A stretch of 64,000 nucleotides of DNA from Patescibacteria group bacterium (GTDB lineage Bacteria; Patescibacteriota; Microgenomatia; Levybacterales; UBA12049). The stretch covers positions 299,914 to 363,913 of the forward strand of contig JBBTVD010000006.1 of assembly GCA_038063415.1 (NCBI GenBank). Direction: 5' to 3'. A program made the position numbers and the translations under genes. Under the pieces are notes generated by a model. The model saw only the letters and a program-made list of their open reading frames with translations, was not told the origin of the DNA and made no database searches. Numbering within the stretch: the stretch's first letter is position 1; each line of letters opens with the position of its first letter. This document shows positions 49,135-57,675 of the stretch, in pieces.

Positions 49135-49617
49135 TTAGAGTTCTTTCCAGCTAGTAATAATAAAAGAAGTACCCTTATTCCCGACTACTTCAATTGTTCT
49201 TTTATAAGTTGTACTTGTGGTTGTCGCAGTCACGGTCCACGTACTATCTACTTTTGAAATTGTTATAGTACAGGTTCCTTCAGGTCGAGTAATACTTCCT
49301 CCAACATAGGAATCGCTTGCTCGTACTTTCAAAAGTGCATCTTCCATGCAGCCCTCGACGAACCCTAATGTATCTTCACCCTTTGATAAGGCATACGAGG
49401 ACTGGGCTTCTCCAATTGCCAAGAGGCTTACGGTCGTGGCAATTGCCATAGTCACAGCTGAAATAATGATGACCGTAATAAGAGCAATATATCCCCCGGA
49501 AGAAAAGTTATTGTCAGGCTGGCTTGTCCAGCATCTTTTTCTTATGATTCTGGACACACTTCGTTTGCCAGAATGACGAAATATGAAAGACAATTTTATT
49601 CTTAATTCTTTATGCAT
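49135..49617 (-). CDS. Minor pilin-like protein with a repeat-derived N-terminal extension
   Basis: Hydrophobic GGYIALITVIIISAVTMAIA segment. The N-terminal IFRHSGKRSVSRIIRKR is encoded by the mini-element at 49518-49578. Confidence 0.45.
   Translation of the reverse strand: MHKELRIKLSFIFRHSGKRSVSRIIRKRCWTSQPDNNFSSGGYIALITVIIISAVTMAIATTVSLLAIGEAQSSYALSKGEDTLGFVEGCMEDALLKVRASDSYVGGSITRPEGTCTITISKVDSTWTVTATTTSTTYKRTIEVVGNKGTSFIITSWKEL
49518..49578. repeat. Palindromic mini-element copies (GGCTTGTCCAGCATC partial plus GATTCTGGACACAC...CCAGAATGACG)
   Basis: Shares the ...CATTCTGG/CCAGAATGACG arms. Lies in the 5' coding region of the pilin-like gene. Confidence 0.6.
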
Positions 49618-49621
49618 ACTT

Positions 49622-50140
49622 TTAATTACTCCTCACTTCCGCGCTTCCTTCAATCGTCGTTGACGCATTGTATTCCTGTCGAGTCCCCGCTCCAGCATAA
49701 TTTGCATTTAGGGTAAACGTAAACTGGATATGTTTTGTCTTGTTATCTGAGGACGTGTAATTGGTAAAGGTGAAATTAGAGACAGTGGTATCAGGAGAGT
49801 TAAGATTGACGGTACTGCCGGTTCCTTGTGTGATACGGACGTTGCCAGAAGAGAGGTCAATGACTGTAGGATTGGTTGCACTCGTCGCTGTCGTTAGAGA
49901 AATAGCCGTTGACGAAACGGAGTTAATACCAGTGGCATTCCGAATTTCGTATTTAATCCGTTCACTGATAAATCGGGCATTGGCAAATACTTCTTGCTGT
50001 GTCGTACTCTTTGCGCCCCCTTCAATAATATTCCAGGCAAATGGGATGAGTGTTGTCAACATGATCGTCAAAATTGCGACATAGATAATAATCTCGATAT
50101 ACGTAAAACCTCTCTGAAATTTTTGTCTTTTTCTTTTCAT
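49622..50140 (-). CDS. Pseudopilin / minor pilin (G|FTYIE)
   Basis: MKRKRQKFQRGFTYIEIIIYVAILTIM prepilin-type N-terminus. Confidence 0.6.
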   Translation of the reverse strand: MKRKRQKFQRGFTYIEIIIYVAILTIMLTTLIPFAWNIIEGGAKSTTQQEVFANARFISERIKYEIRNATGINSVSSTAISLTTATSATNPTVIDLSSGNVRITQGTGSTVNLNSPDTTVSNFTFTNYTSSDNKTKHIQFTFTLNANYAGAGTRQEYNASTTIEGSAEVRSN

Positions 50141-50142
50141 AG

Positions 50143-50770
50143 TTATTGCGGTTTAAGTACCCCTGTCCAGACATATCCATCATCGGTTGCTGCTCCTGCT
50201 GCTGCCCATGCTCCTGGGTCTTCACTCCCGGCTGTTGCTTTCTTGAAGTAGACTACGCCAGCTGAAGCATCATTCCCTGACGTGGTACTATTTGAACCTG
50301 CTGTTGTGTATCCACTGGGGACAGTGATGCTTGTGTAATCATTGTTCTTCCCAAAGATCGGGAGGACAACGGCATCAGCAGTAATCGTTGTTACTGCTGG
50401 TGGATTGGGACTGGAGGTATTACTAAAGGTTGTTGGGACGCCAGAATCTGTTTCAAATGGTGTCGTTGTATTGACACTTCTGAAGATTGAGGTTCCCCAG
50501 ATGGTAGTTGAGCTACTTACTGAGGAGGATGTCCAGGCAAAGGTGCTATCTCCTGACTGGAGGACACGATAGCCAATGTAGATGCGACCAAACCCTGCTG
50601 CACTTGCCAATTCCTGCTGGGTTATAGTGCCGGGTGGCGTGATTGTCTTGGTGTTGGTAAGAGTATACCACCAGAAGACGGCGACGTCTCCTGCTTGCCA
50701 ACCTGACGGGAGGGTGAAGTTCCCAGTGGTTGGATTACTTCCTGTTGCACTCACGTTTGCGATATACGTG
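50143..50770. repeat. Large direct repeat copy 1 (about 615 bp, near-identical to 51387-52014)
   Basis: Nucleotide-identical except for 2-3 positions. The plus-strand ghost ORFs 50342-50572 and 51586-51816 are identical. Confidence 0.9.
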
Positions 50771-51384
50771 ATCCCTGCTGGTGCTGTTGGCGTTGGGGTG
50801 CTTGTCGGGGTGGGTGTACTGGTTGGTCCTACCGTGGGAGTCGGGGTGGGTATTGCAATTTCTGCTTTCCAGTTGGTGAAATAGGTATTCAATGCCACTG
50901 AATTATTTCTTGTAGGACTAACATTCCATGAAACAGTCGATGTCACTTTTTTGGTGTCAGAATCAGCCGTCCCCCCGCTTGCGACAATATTACCACTGCC
51001 ATCCCGCTGGACATCACTAATGGCAATAACACGAGTATATTTACTTAACGTATTATTGCTCCCACCAAATGCCCAGATATTGGAAGCATTACGGATAATG
51101 CCTGTCCCGGTTGTGTTGGTCAAATTACTAAAGTTTTGATTTTTGATAGAACGCGCTGCCTCCAAACCTTCTGCTGCATATTGATTAGCAATGGTCTGCT
51201 CTTCACCTAATCTGTTGGCATCAAAACCCTGCAGTACGACAAAGATTGCTCCACTCGAAAAGACAACAAACATCCCTGCCGAAAGAATAAGTTCAAGGAT
51301 GGAAAAACCCTGTTGCAAAACAAAGCTTTTGCCAGAATGACGTACCAATGAAATGATTTTTTCCGTTATCTGATGTACTTTCAT
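50143..51384 (-). CDS. Large pilin-like protein (G|FSILE) with TP-linker and Thr/Ser-rich C-terminal domain
   Basis: Class III signal ...LQQGFSILELI. The 3' ~615 bp are near-identical to those of the next gene. Partial mini-element at 51332-51342 (RHSGK). Confidence 0.55.
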   Translation of the reverse strand: MKVHQITEKIISLVRHSGKSFVLQQGFSILELILSAGMFVVFSSGAIFVVLQGFDANRLGEEQTIANQYAAEGLEAARSIKNQNFSNLTNTTGTGIIRNASNIWAFGGSNNTLSKYTRVIAISDVQRDGSGNIVASGGTADSDTKKVTSTVSWNVSPTRNNSVALNTYFTNWKAEIAIPTPTPTVGPTSTPTPTSTPTPTAPAGITYIANVSATGSNPTTGNFTLPSGWQAGDVAVFWWYTLTNTKTITPPGTITQQELASAAGFGRIYIGYRVLQSGDSTFAWTSSSVSSSTTIWGTSIFRSVNTTTPFETDSGVPTTFSNTSSPNPPAVTTITADAVVLPIFGKNNDYTSITVPSGYTTAGSNSTTSGNDASAGVVYFKKATAGSEDPGAWAAAGAATDDGYVWTGVLKPQ

Positions 51385-51386
51385 AA

Positions 51387-52014
51387 TTACTGAGGTTTAA
51401 GTACCCCCGTCCAGACATATCCATCATCCGTTGCTGCTCCTGCTGCTGCCCATGCTCCTGGGTCTTCACTCCCGGCTGTTGCTTTCTTGAAGTAGACTAC
51501 GCCAGCTGAAGCATCATTCCCTGACGTGGTACTATTTGAACCTGCTGTTGTGTATCCACTGGGGACAGTGATGCTTGTGTAATCATTGTTCTTCCCAAAG
51601 ATCGGGAGGACAACGGCATCAGCAGTAATCGTTGTTACTGCTGGTGGATTGGGACTGGAGGTATTACTAAAGGTTGTTGGGACGCCAGAATCTGTTTCAA
51701 ATGGTGTCGTTGTATTGACACTTCTGAAGATTGAGGTTCCCCAGATGGTAGTTGAGCTACTTACTGAGGAGGATGTCCAGGCAAAGGTGCTATCTCCTGA
51801 CTGGAGGACACGATAGCCAATGTAGATGCGACCAAACCCTGCTGCACTTGCCAATTCCTGCTGGGTTATAGTGCCGGGTGGCGTGATTGTCTTGGTGTTG
51901 GTAAGAGTATACCACCAGAAGACGGCGACGTCTCCTGCTTGCCAACCTGACGGGAGGGTGAAGTTCCCAGTGGTTGGATTACTTCCTGTGGTACTTACAT
52001 TGGCAATGTAGGTA
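51387..52014. repeat. Large direct repeat copy 2
   Basis: See copy 1. The period between copies is 1244 bp. Confidence 0.9.
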
Positions 52015-52676
52015 ATTCCAGATGGTGCTGTTGTTGGCGTGGGGGTTGGGGTTGGCGTATTTGTCGGGGTGGGTGTACTGGTTGGTGTGGGAGTGCTCGT
52101 TGGCGTGGGACCACCAGAGGTGGGTGTTGGGGTAGCAGTCGGAGCAATACCGACAAAAGAGGCTATTACGCCTTGTGGATTAACCGTAAGCGTCCTTGTG
52201 GTATCTCCTCCACTCACGGTAATCGTTGGCGTTACACTTGGCACACCAGTTGCTCGAGTAAAAATAACATCACTTAATCCACTAACCGCTACATTCGCGT
52301 TAACTGACGATGTCTCATCAAAAGCAGTATTTCGCAAAGCATACGAGTCTCCCTGAAAAAGAATGACCTGATTGGTTCCCAGGTGCACTCCCCAACTACC
52401 ATTTTGCCGCCCAGACATCGCATATATCTGTGCTTTACGAAGTTGCCCTGTGAGCATGTCAGTCGTGTTTGCCACCGCATTTTGCGTAAAGAAGCGAGCA
52501 AAAAAAGGAACTGAAGAAGCCGAAAGTAAAGCGACAAGCCCAACGATCAGGATACATTCAATAAAAGTAAAACCGTGATCCCATTTGACATGCTGAACTT
52601 GTTTCAGCATCTTAAAAACATCTATTGATTTAGAATGATCCCGAAACAAATTCGGGATAACAAGCTTCTGATTCAT
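51387..52676 (-). CDS. Large pilin-like protein (G|FTFIE) with TP-linker and the same Thr/Ser-rich C-terminal domain
   Basis: Class III signal ...WDHGFTFIECI. PTPT-repeat linker. C-terminal about 215 aa identical to the 50143 gene. Confidence 0.55.
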   Translation of the reverse strand: MNQKLVIPNLFRDHSKSIDVFKMLKQVQHVKWDHGFTFIECILIVGLVALLSASSVPFFARFFTQNAVANTTDMLTGQLRKAQIYAMSGRQNGSWGVHLGTNQVILFQGDSYALRNTAFDETSSVNANVAVSGLSDVIFTRATGVPSVTPTITVSGGDTTRTLTVNPQGVIASFVGIAPTATPTPTSGGPTPTSTPTPTSTPTPTNTPTPTPTPTTAPSGITYIANVSTTGSNPTTGNFTLPSGWQAGDVAVFWWYTLTNTKTITPPGTITQQELASAAGFGRIYIGYRVLQSGDSTFAWTSSSVSSSTTIWGTSIFRSVNTTTPFETDSGVPTTFSNTSSPNPPAVTTITADAVVLPIFGKNNDYTSITVPSGYTTAGSNSTTSGNDASAGVVYFKKATAGSEDPGAWAAAGAATDDGYVWTGVLKPQ

Positions 52677-52679
52677 AAC

Positions 52680-53765
52680 TCATTTCTTAATATTCCCGGT
52701 CAACTCATAGATTGGTGAGATAATTGCCATCGCGACAAAAGCAACAATAAGCCCAATAAAAATTAACATAATTGGTTCAAAGATTGTTGAGATATTCTTG
52801 GTCGCGTCATCAACCTCCTCTTCAAAAAAATCTGCAAGATAGGCAAATGTTTCATCCAGTTTACCTGTTGTTTCTCCAACAGAGAGCATCTTGACAGCAA
52901 TAAGCGGGATCTTCGGATACTTTCCTGTTTCTAATTCTTTCGCCAGAGACTTCCCTCGATCAATTGAACTCAACAAATTTTCTCCATATTTTTGAAAGAC
53001 TAAATTCTGTGTCATATGTGATTCTATTTCCATAGCTGTGTTAATCGGCATGCCACTTTTAAGCATTATCCCCATGTTACGAGAAAAAGAAGAGAGTTCA
53101 GTATTTTGGATGATGTTGCCCAAGATAGGAAGAGAGAGCAAGAATCGATGCCACAAGGGCTTCACAACGGACAACTGTGTCACGAGTCTTCCAGTGACTA
53201 AAACAACAAATAACCAAATGACTACAATAACACCAAAGTTCTTCATAAGTTCTGCAAACCATAACAAAAGTTGGGTAGTCCAAGGGAGCTCGACATCAAA
53301 TCCTTTAAATAATTCTAGTAACTGTGGCAAGACAAAAAGACTTATCCCGATACCAACAATCATAGCCCCCGTAAAAACGATTATTGGATATAAGAGAGCA
53401 CCTTGTATCTTCTTACGAAACGCATAATCTTTACCCAATTGTTCTCCCAAGTAAGCAAAGCTCTGATCAAGAGTACCTGAATCTTCTCCAATCTTGATAA
53501 TATTTACATAAAAAGCATCAAAGACTCTTGAAAACTTTCCGAGGGCATTGGCAAGTGTTTGACCATTTTCAATACTTTTGGCAACACCCTCAAGCATATC
53601 CCGAAAAGTAGCTGATCTAGTTTGTGAAGCTAAAATATGAAGAGCATCAATAATGGTAATGCCACTCTTGAGCATAATCCCCATATGCTTGGTAAAGAGC
53701 AGTTTGTCAAGAAAGCTCACATGCGAAAGCAATGGAATTTGGGCAGAAAAATTCATAAATATCAC
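52680..53765 (-). CDS. pilC: Type IV pilus platform protein PilC (GspF family)
   Basis: Two T2SS-F repeats with three TM segments. Confidence 0.8.
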   Translation of the reverse strand: MIFMNFSAQIPLLSHVSFLDKLLFTKHMGIMLKSGITIIDALHILASQTRSATFRDMLEGVAKSIENGQTLANALGKFSRVFDAFYVNIIKIGEDSGTLDQSFAYLGEQLGKDYAFRKKIQGALLYPIIVFTGAMIVGIGISLFVLPQLLELFKGFDVELPWTTQLLLWFAELMKNFGVIVVIWLFVVLVTGRLVTQLSVVKPLWHRFLLSLPILGNIIQNTELSSFSRNMGIMLKSGMPINTAMEIESHMTQNLVFQKYGENLLSSIDRGKSLAKELETGKYPKIPLIAVKMLSVGETTGKLDETFAYLADFFEEEVDDATKNISTIFEPIMLIFIGLIVAFVAMAIISPIYELTGNIKK

Positions 53766-55441
53766 TCTTTGGTTACTCTCAATACCTCTTCAATGGTCGT
53801 TTCTCCTGCTTTGACTTTTTCAAGACCATCTTCCTCCATTGTTTTCATACCATTTTTAATGGCAATTGCTTTGATAGTTGCTGCATCTTTTTTGTTAATA
53901 ATTGCCTGCTTGATCTCATCTGTTACTTCCATTACCTCAAAGACCCCTATCCGACCTTCATAAGAACTATTATGGCAAATATCACAACCTTTTCCGCGAT
54001 AGAGACGAATTGAGGGTAGAGTACCAAATATTTTTTGCGTTAACGGTTCACCGATAAAGCCGACTACTTTCTCCCGAGGTAAGTCTTCACTAATACGACA
54101 AACGGTATGAATTTTACGGATAAGCCGCTGACCAATAAGCACATTAACCGTTGATGCAATCAAAAATGGTTCGATACCCATTTCAAAAAGTCTCGGAATA
54201 GCTGTGGCAGCATCATTAGTATGGAGTGTTGAGAGCACTAAATGTCCAGTCATCGCAGAATTGGTGGCAATTTCTGCTGTCTCGCTGTCACGAATTTCAC
54301 CAACGAGGATAATATTGGGATCTTGACGTAAGATACTCCTGAGCCCTGTCGCAAAGGTAAAATCTGTCTTGGTATTTACCTGCATTTGATTGACACCTTC
54401 AATGTCATACTCAATCGGATCTTCAATAGTCATAATATTGACATCACGATTATTGAGCAGTTTTAAAACGGCATACATCGTGGTTGTCTTTCCACTTCCT
54501 GTTGGACCTGTTGAAAGGAGCATGCCAAACGGCTTTTTGTATGCTCTCTCAACCTTTTGTAAGTCTTCCTGAGAGAAACCAAGTGTCAAAAGAGAAATTT
54601 GCCTCGCACGTTCAGAGAGCAGACGCATAACTACCTTTTCTCCGCGACGAACTGGCACTGTTGATACACGAAGATCTAGCTGTTGTTCGTCAAGGATAAA
54701 CTCTATTTTTCCGTCTTGCGGAGCTTGATGTTCATCGGTTCGCAACCGAGCAAGCACCTTAATGCGCGTAACAATTTCAGGATACATTTCTTTGGGTAAT
54801 TGAATAATGTCATGGAGTACACCATCTATACGAAATCTCACAAGAGAAACTTCTGTTTCTGGCTCAAAATGGATATCTGAAGCATTGTTGTGCGCAGCAT
54901 AGGAAATAATGGTTTCAACAATTTTAATAATTGGGGGCTCAGCATTCTTTCCACCTTTCTTGGAAGCTTCTTCCAGGTTCTCCTTCATGATATCTGCAAA
55001 TGCTTTACCAATATCTTTAAGATATAAGACGAGTGCATTCTCTATATCTCGTGGAGTAGCATAATACAAAACAAGCGGCATGCCTATTTTACTGGACAAA
55101 AAAGTAATAATTGCAGGATTGGCCGGATTACTCATAGCAACATGTAATCCCTGCTCATCTTTTTTGAAAGCAATGATTTTTTCTTTTCGAGCAATAAGCT
55201 CTGGGATAATCATTAAAATTTCTTGAGGAATTTTAAGGTTTATTAACTGGATAAACGGTACTGAAAAAATTTGTGCAGTGAGCTTCCCTAAGTTACCGTC
55301 GTCAATCAAATTTCTGTCAAGCAAAATCTCTCCAAGTGGCTTTTGTTGCACGGAAGCATCCCGGAAAGCTTGTGTTAACTGCTGCTCATCGATAACCTGT
55401 AATTCTTTTAAGGCAGCATAGAGTGATTCATTGTTACGCAT
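53762..55441 (-). CDS. pilB: Type IV pilus assembly ATPase PilB (GspE family)
   Basis: Walker A GPTGSGKTTT, Asp/His boxes and a tetracysteine motif (CRISPR... C..C). ATG probably at 55441 (MRNNESL). Confidence 0.85.
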   Translation of the reverse strand: MRNNESLYAALKELQVIDEQQLTQAFRDASVQQKPLGEILLDRNLIDDGNLGKLTAQIFSVPFIQLINLKIPQEILMIIPELIARKEKIIAFKKDEQGLHVAMSNPANPAIITFLSSKIGMPLVLYYATPRDIENALVLYLKDIGKAFADIMKENLEEASKKGGKNAEPPIIKIVETIISYAAHNNASDIHFEPETEVSLVRFRIDGVLHDIIQLPKEMYPEIVTRIKVLARLRTDEHQAPQDGKIEFILDEQQLDLRVSTVPVRRGEKVVMRLLSERARQISLLTLGFSQEDLQKVERAYKKPFGMLLSTGPTGSGKTTTMYAVLKLLNNRDVNIMTIEDPIEYDIEGVNQMQVNTKTDFTFATGLRSILRQDPNIILVGEIRDSETAEIATNSAMTGHLVLSTLHTNDAATAIPRLFEMGIEPFLIASTVNVLIGQRLIRKIHTVCRISEDLPREKVVGFIGEPLTQKIFGTLPSIRLYRGKGCDICHNSSYEGRIGVFEVMEVTDEIKQAIINKKDAATIKAIAIKNGMKTMEEDGLEKVKAGETTIEEVLRVTKE

Positions 55442-55473
55442 ATGTATTATTATGGTCTGTTTTGCATTGATGA

Positions 55474-55863
55474 TCAAGAGGAAAGAGGTGCAGGAGCACT
55501 TGCAAGGAGTGCATTTACTTTTTCGATCAACGAATCCAGAGACAGATCACTTTTTACCACAAAATCATTTGCTCCCATCTGAATACTTTTTTCAATATCT
55601 TCCTTTTGTCCCAAGTTTGATGCGACAATCACCGGGATTGGCTTCCAGGCAGGATTTGCTTTTATTTCAGCTAGCGTCGCAAACCCATCTTTGACCGGCA
55701 TAATGAGATCAAGAACAATAAGATCAGGAGTGAAACTTTGAAGTGCGGTAATTGCCTCTTGACCATCCCTAGCCATTTGGACTTCAAAACCCGCTTTGGT
55801 AAGCTTTACTCGGTAGGCATTTGCCAAAAAATTATCATCTTCTGCAACAAGGATCTTTTTCAT
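55474..55863 (-). CDS. Stand-alone response-regulator receiver (CheY-like)
   Basis: ILVAEDD, LIVLDLIMPVKDG and a conserved K-site. 129 aa. Confidence 0.75.
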   Translation of the reverse strand: MKKILVAEDDNFLANAYRVKLTKAGFEVQMARDGQEAITALQSFTPDLIVLDLIMPVKDGFATLAEIKANPAWKPIPVIVASNLGQKEDIEKSIQMGANDFVVKSDLSLDSLIEKVNALLASAPAPLSS

Positions 55864-56297
55864 TGTGTTGTTGTTGGCACCACTGGAGTATTCCCAGGGT
55901 CAACAGAATCTTCTCCTTTAATAAAATTCCGTATCATCTCAATAATTTGATCCAATCGATACTCAGCCTTAAGAATATATTTTTTTGCTCCAAGTCCAAG
56001 CATCGTGTTTACTTTATCAGGACTTGCAGAATTACTTACAACAAGGACCGGAATATTTTCCCATTTGGGATTTGCCTTGAGTTGCTGCATGAAAGCCAAA
56101 CCGTTCATATCTTTGAGATAATAATCCAGCCATACTGCATCCGGAAGTTCATCGAGGTTGTTGAGATAGTCAACAGCTTGCTGCCCACTGGCACAGGAGA
56201 GCACATCCATGCCGCTCAATTTCAACTTTTTGGTAATCGCTTGTAGTAAAAGAATTTCGTCTTCGACTACCATGATTGTTGGATTTTGTGCACTCAT
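55860..56297 (-). CDS. Stand-alone response-regulator receiver (CheY-like)
   Basis: IMVVEDE...AVWLDYYL. 145 aa. ATGA overlap with the downstream receiver. Confidence 0.7.
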   Translation of the reverse strand: MSAQNPTIMVVEDEILLLQAITKKLKLSGMDVLSCASGQQAVDYLNNLDELPDAVWLDYYLKDMNGLAFMQQLKANPKWENIPVLVVSNSASPDKVNTMLGLGAKKYILKAEYRLDQIIEMIRNFIKGEDSVDPGNTPVVPTTTQ

Positions 56298-56337
56298 ATC
56301 CTAGGACTTCTCTTTAGTTTTACAGGAAATTGACCTA

Positions 56338-57675
56338 TCAGTCAAGCGTCACTTCTCCTTTTTTTGCTGGCGTGCCAGCTGCTGGCAAACTAAACCAAAA
56401 TGTTGTACCTTTTCCTTCTTCTGAGGCAAACCAAATCTTCCCTTGGGATGATTCCAAAATGATCCTAACCAAATACAAGCCAAGACCTGTCCCAACGGTT
56501 TCTTTCTGTGCGGCATTATCTGCTCTGAAAAATTTTTCAAATAATCTTCCTTGTTGCAGCTTTGGGATACCCAAACCAGTATCGGTTATTTGAGAAATAA
56601 TCTCTTCTCCTTTTCGTGAGATAAAGACGTTCACGTCTCCTCCTTTTTCTGTATATTTGATCGCGTTTGTCAATAAATTGAGATATACCTGCCTAATTAA
56701 CCGTGGATCAATATTTATTTTGGGGAGATTTTCATTTACACTCACGACACAATGGAGTTCTTTTTTCAAAATAAGCTGTTCAAGCTCTTTTAAGACTCCT
56801 TCAACCATTTCTTTCAAATCCGTCGGCTTGGGATCAATAATAATTCTTCCTGATTCAATCCTTGAAATATTCAAAAGTGAATTAACCAAATCAATCATGC
56901 GTTCAATAGAATCATAAATATTCCTGGTAAAATCTTGTTGTTCATCGTTAAGTTTCCCCGCATCTCCTTGCAAAAGCATTTCAGAGAACCATCGCACCGC
57001 AGATAATGGCGTCCGCAGTTGATGTGAAGCGAGTGAGATAAATTCAGTCTTCATCCGATCAATCGCTTTTTGCTCAGTGACATCTCGAATGATCGCAATA
57101 ACCCCTACAATTTTTTCACCAAGAATGACAGGGTTTGCACTAAAATGAACAAAAGCTACGTCTCCATTTTGTTGATGATGAGTATAAACATTTTCTACTT
57201 TCTTTCCTGTTTGGAGAACAATACTCATTGGACGTTGTTCTACAGGAACTTCTTTATCTTCTTTGTCATACAGCTGAAATGAGTCAAAGACTGTTTTATT
57301 CTTTATAGCAGACAATTGTAATCCAAGAATTTCTTCTGCACCTTTATTCATCACGATAATATGAGCCTGCGCATCTGTCACAAGTACCCCATCCCCGATA
57401 CTGGCAATCACGGCTTCATCTTTCACTTTTTCTATTTCTACTTCTCCTACCTTTTGTGCAAGTTGTGAAGAATATTCTTTGAGCTTTTCGTTTTGTTCAT
57501 TAAGCTCTTTTGAACTAAGTTCAAGTGAATGCTCAATTAATATATGATCCTGTTCGTAGCCTTCATAGGTGGAATTAACTGCTTGTAAAAACAGCTCCCA
57601 AGCAGCTTTATCCGTAGGAAGACTCTGGGTATTCCCAAAAAATTTTGTGCGTTGTCGTTCAAGTGTTGTATGCAT
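56338..57675 (-). CDS. PAS-domain sensor histidine kinase
   Basis: H-box FISLASHQLRTPLSA and the N, G1 (DTGLGI) and G2 (GTGLGLY) boxes. PAS region upstream. Confidence 0.8.
   Translation of the reverse strand: MHTTLERQRTKFFGNTQSLPTDKAAWELFLQAVNSTYEGYEQDHILIEHSLELSSKELNEQNEKLKEYSSQLAQKVGEVEIEKVKDEAVIASIGDGVLVTDAQAHIIVMNKGAEEILGLQLSAIKNKTVFDSFQLYDKEDKEVPVEQRPMSIVLQTGKKVENVYTHHQQNGDVAFVHFSANPVILGEKIVGVIAIIRDVTEQKAIDRMKTEFISLASHQLRTPLSAVRWFSEMLLQGDAGKLNDEQQDFTRNIYDSIERMIDLVNSLLNISRIESGRIIIDPKPTDLKEMVEGVLKELEQLILKKELHCVVSVNENLPKINIDPRLIRQVYLNLLTNAIKYTEKGGDVNVFISRKGEEIISQITDTGLGIPKLQQGRLFEKFFRADNAAQKETVGTGLGLYLVRIILESSQGKIWFASEEGKGTTFWFSLPAAGTPAKKGEVTLD

Noticed and set aside
50143-52676. The 1244-bp-period direct repeat as a CRISPR-like or satellite array
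   Set aside because: Only two copies, each about 615 bp, lying entirely inside protein-coding sequence. It is a duplicated protein domain, not a repeat-spacer array.
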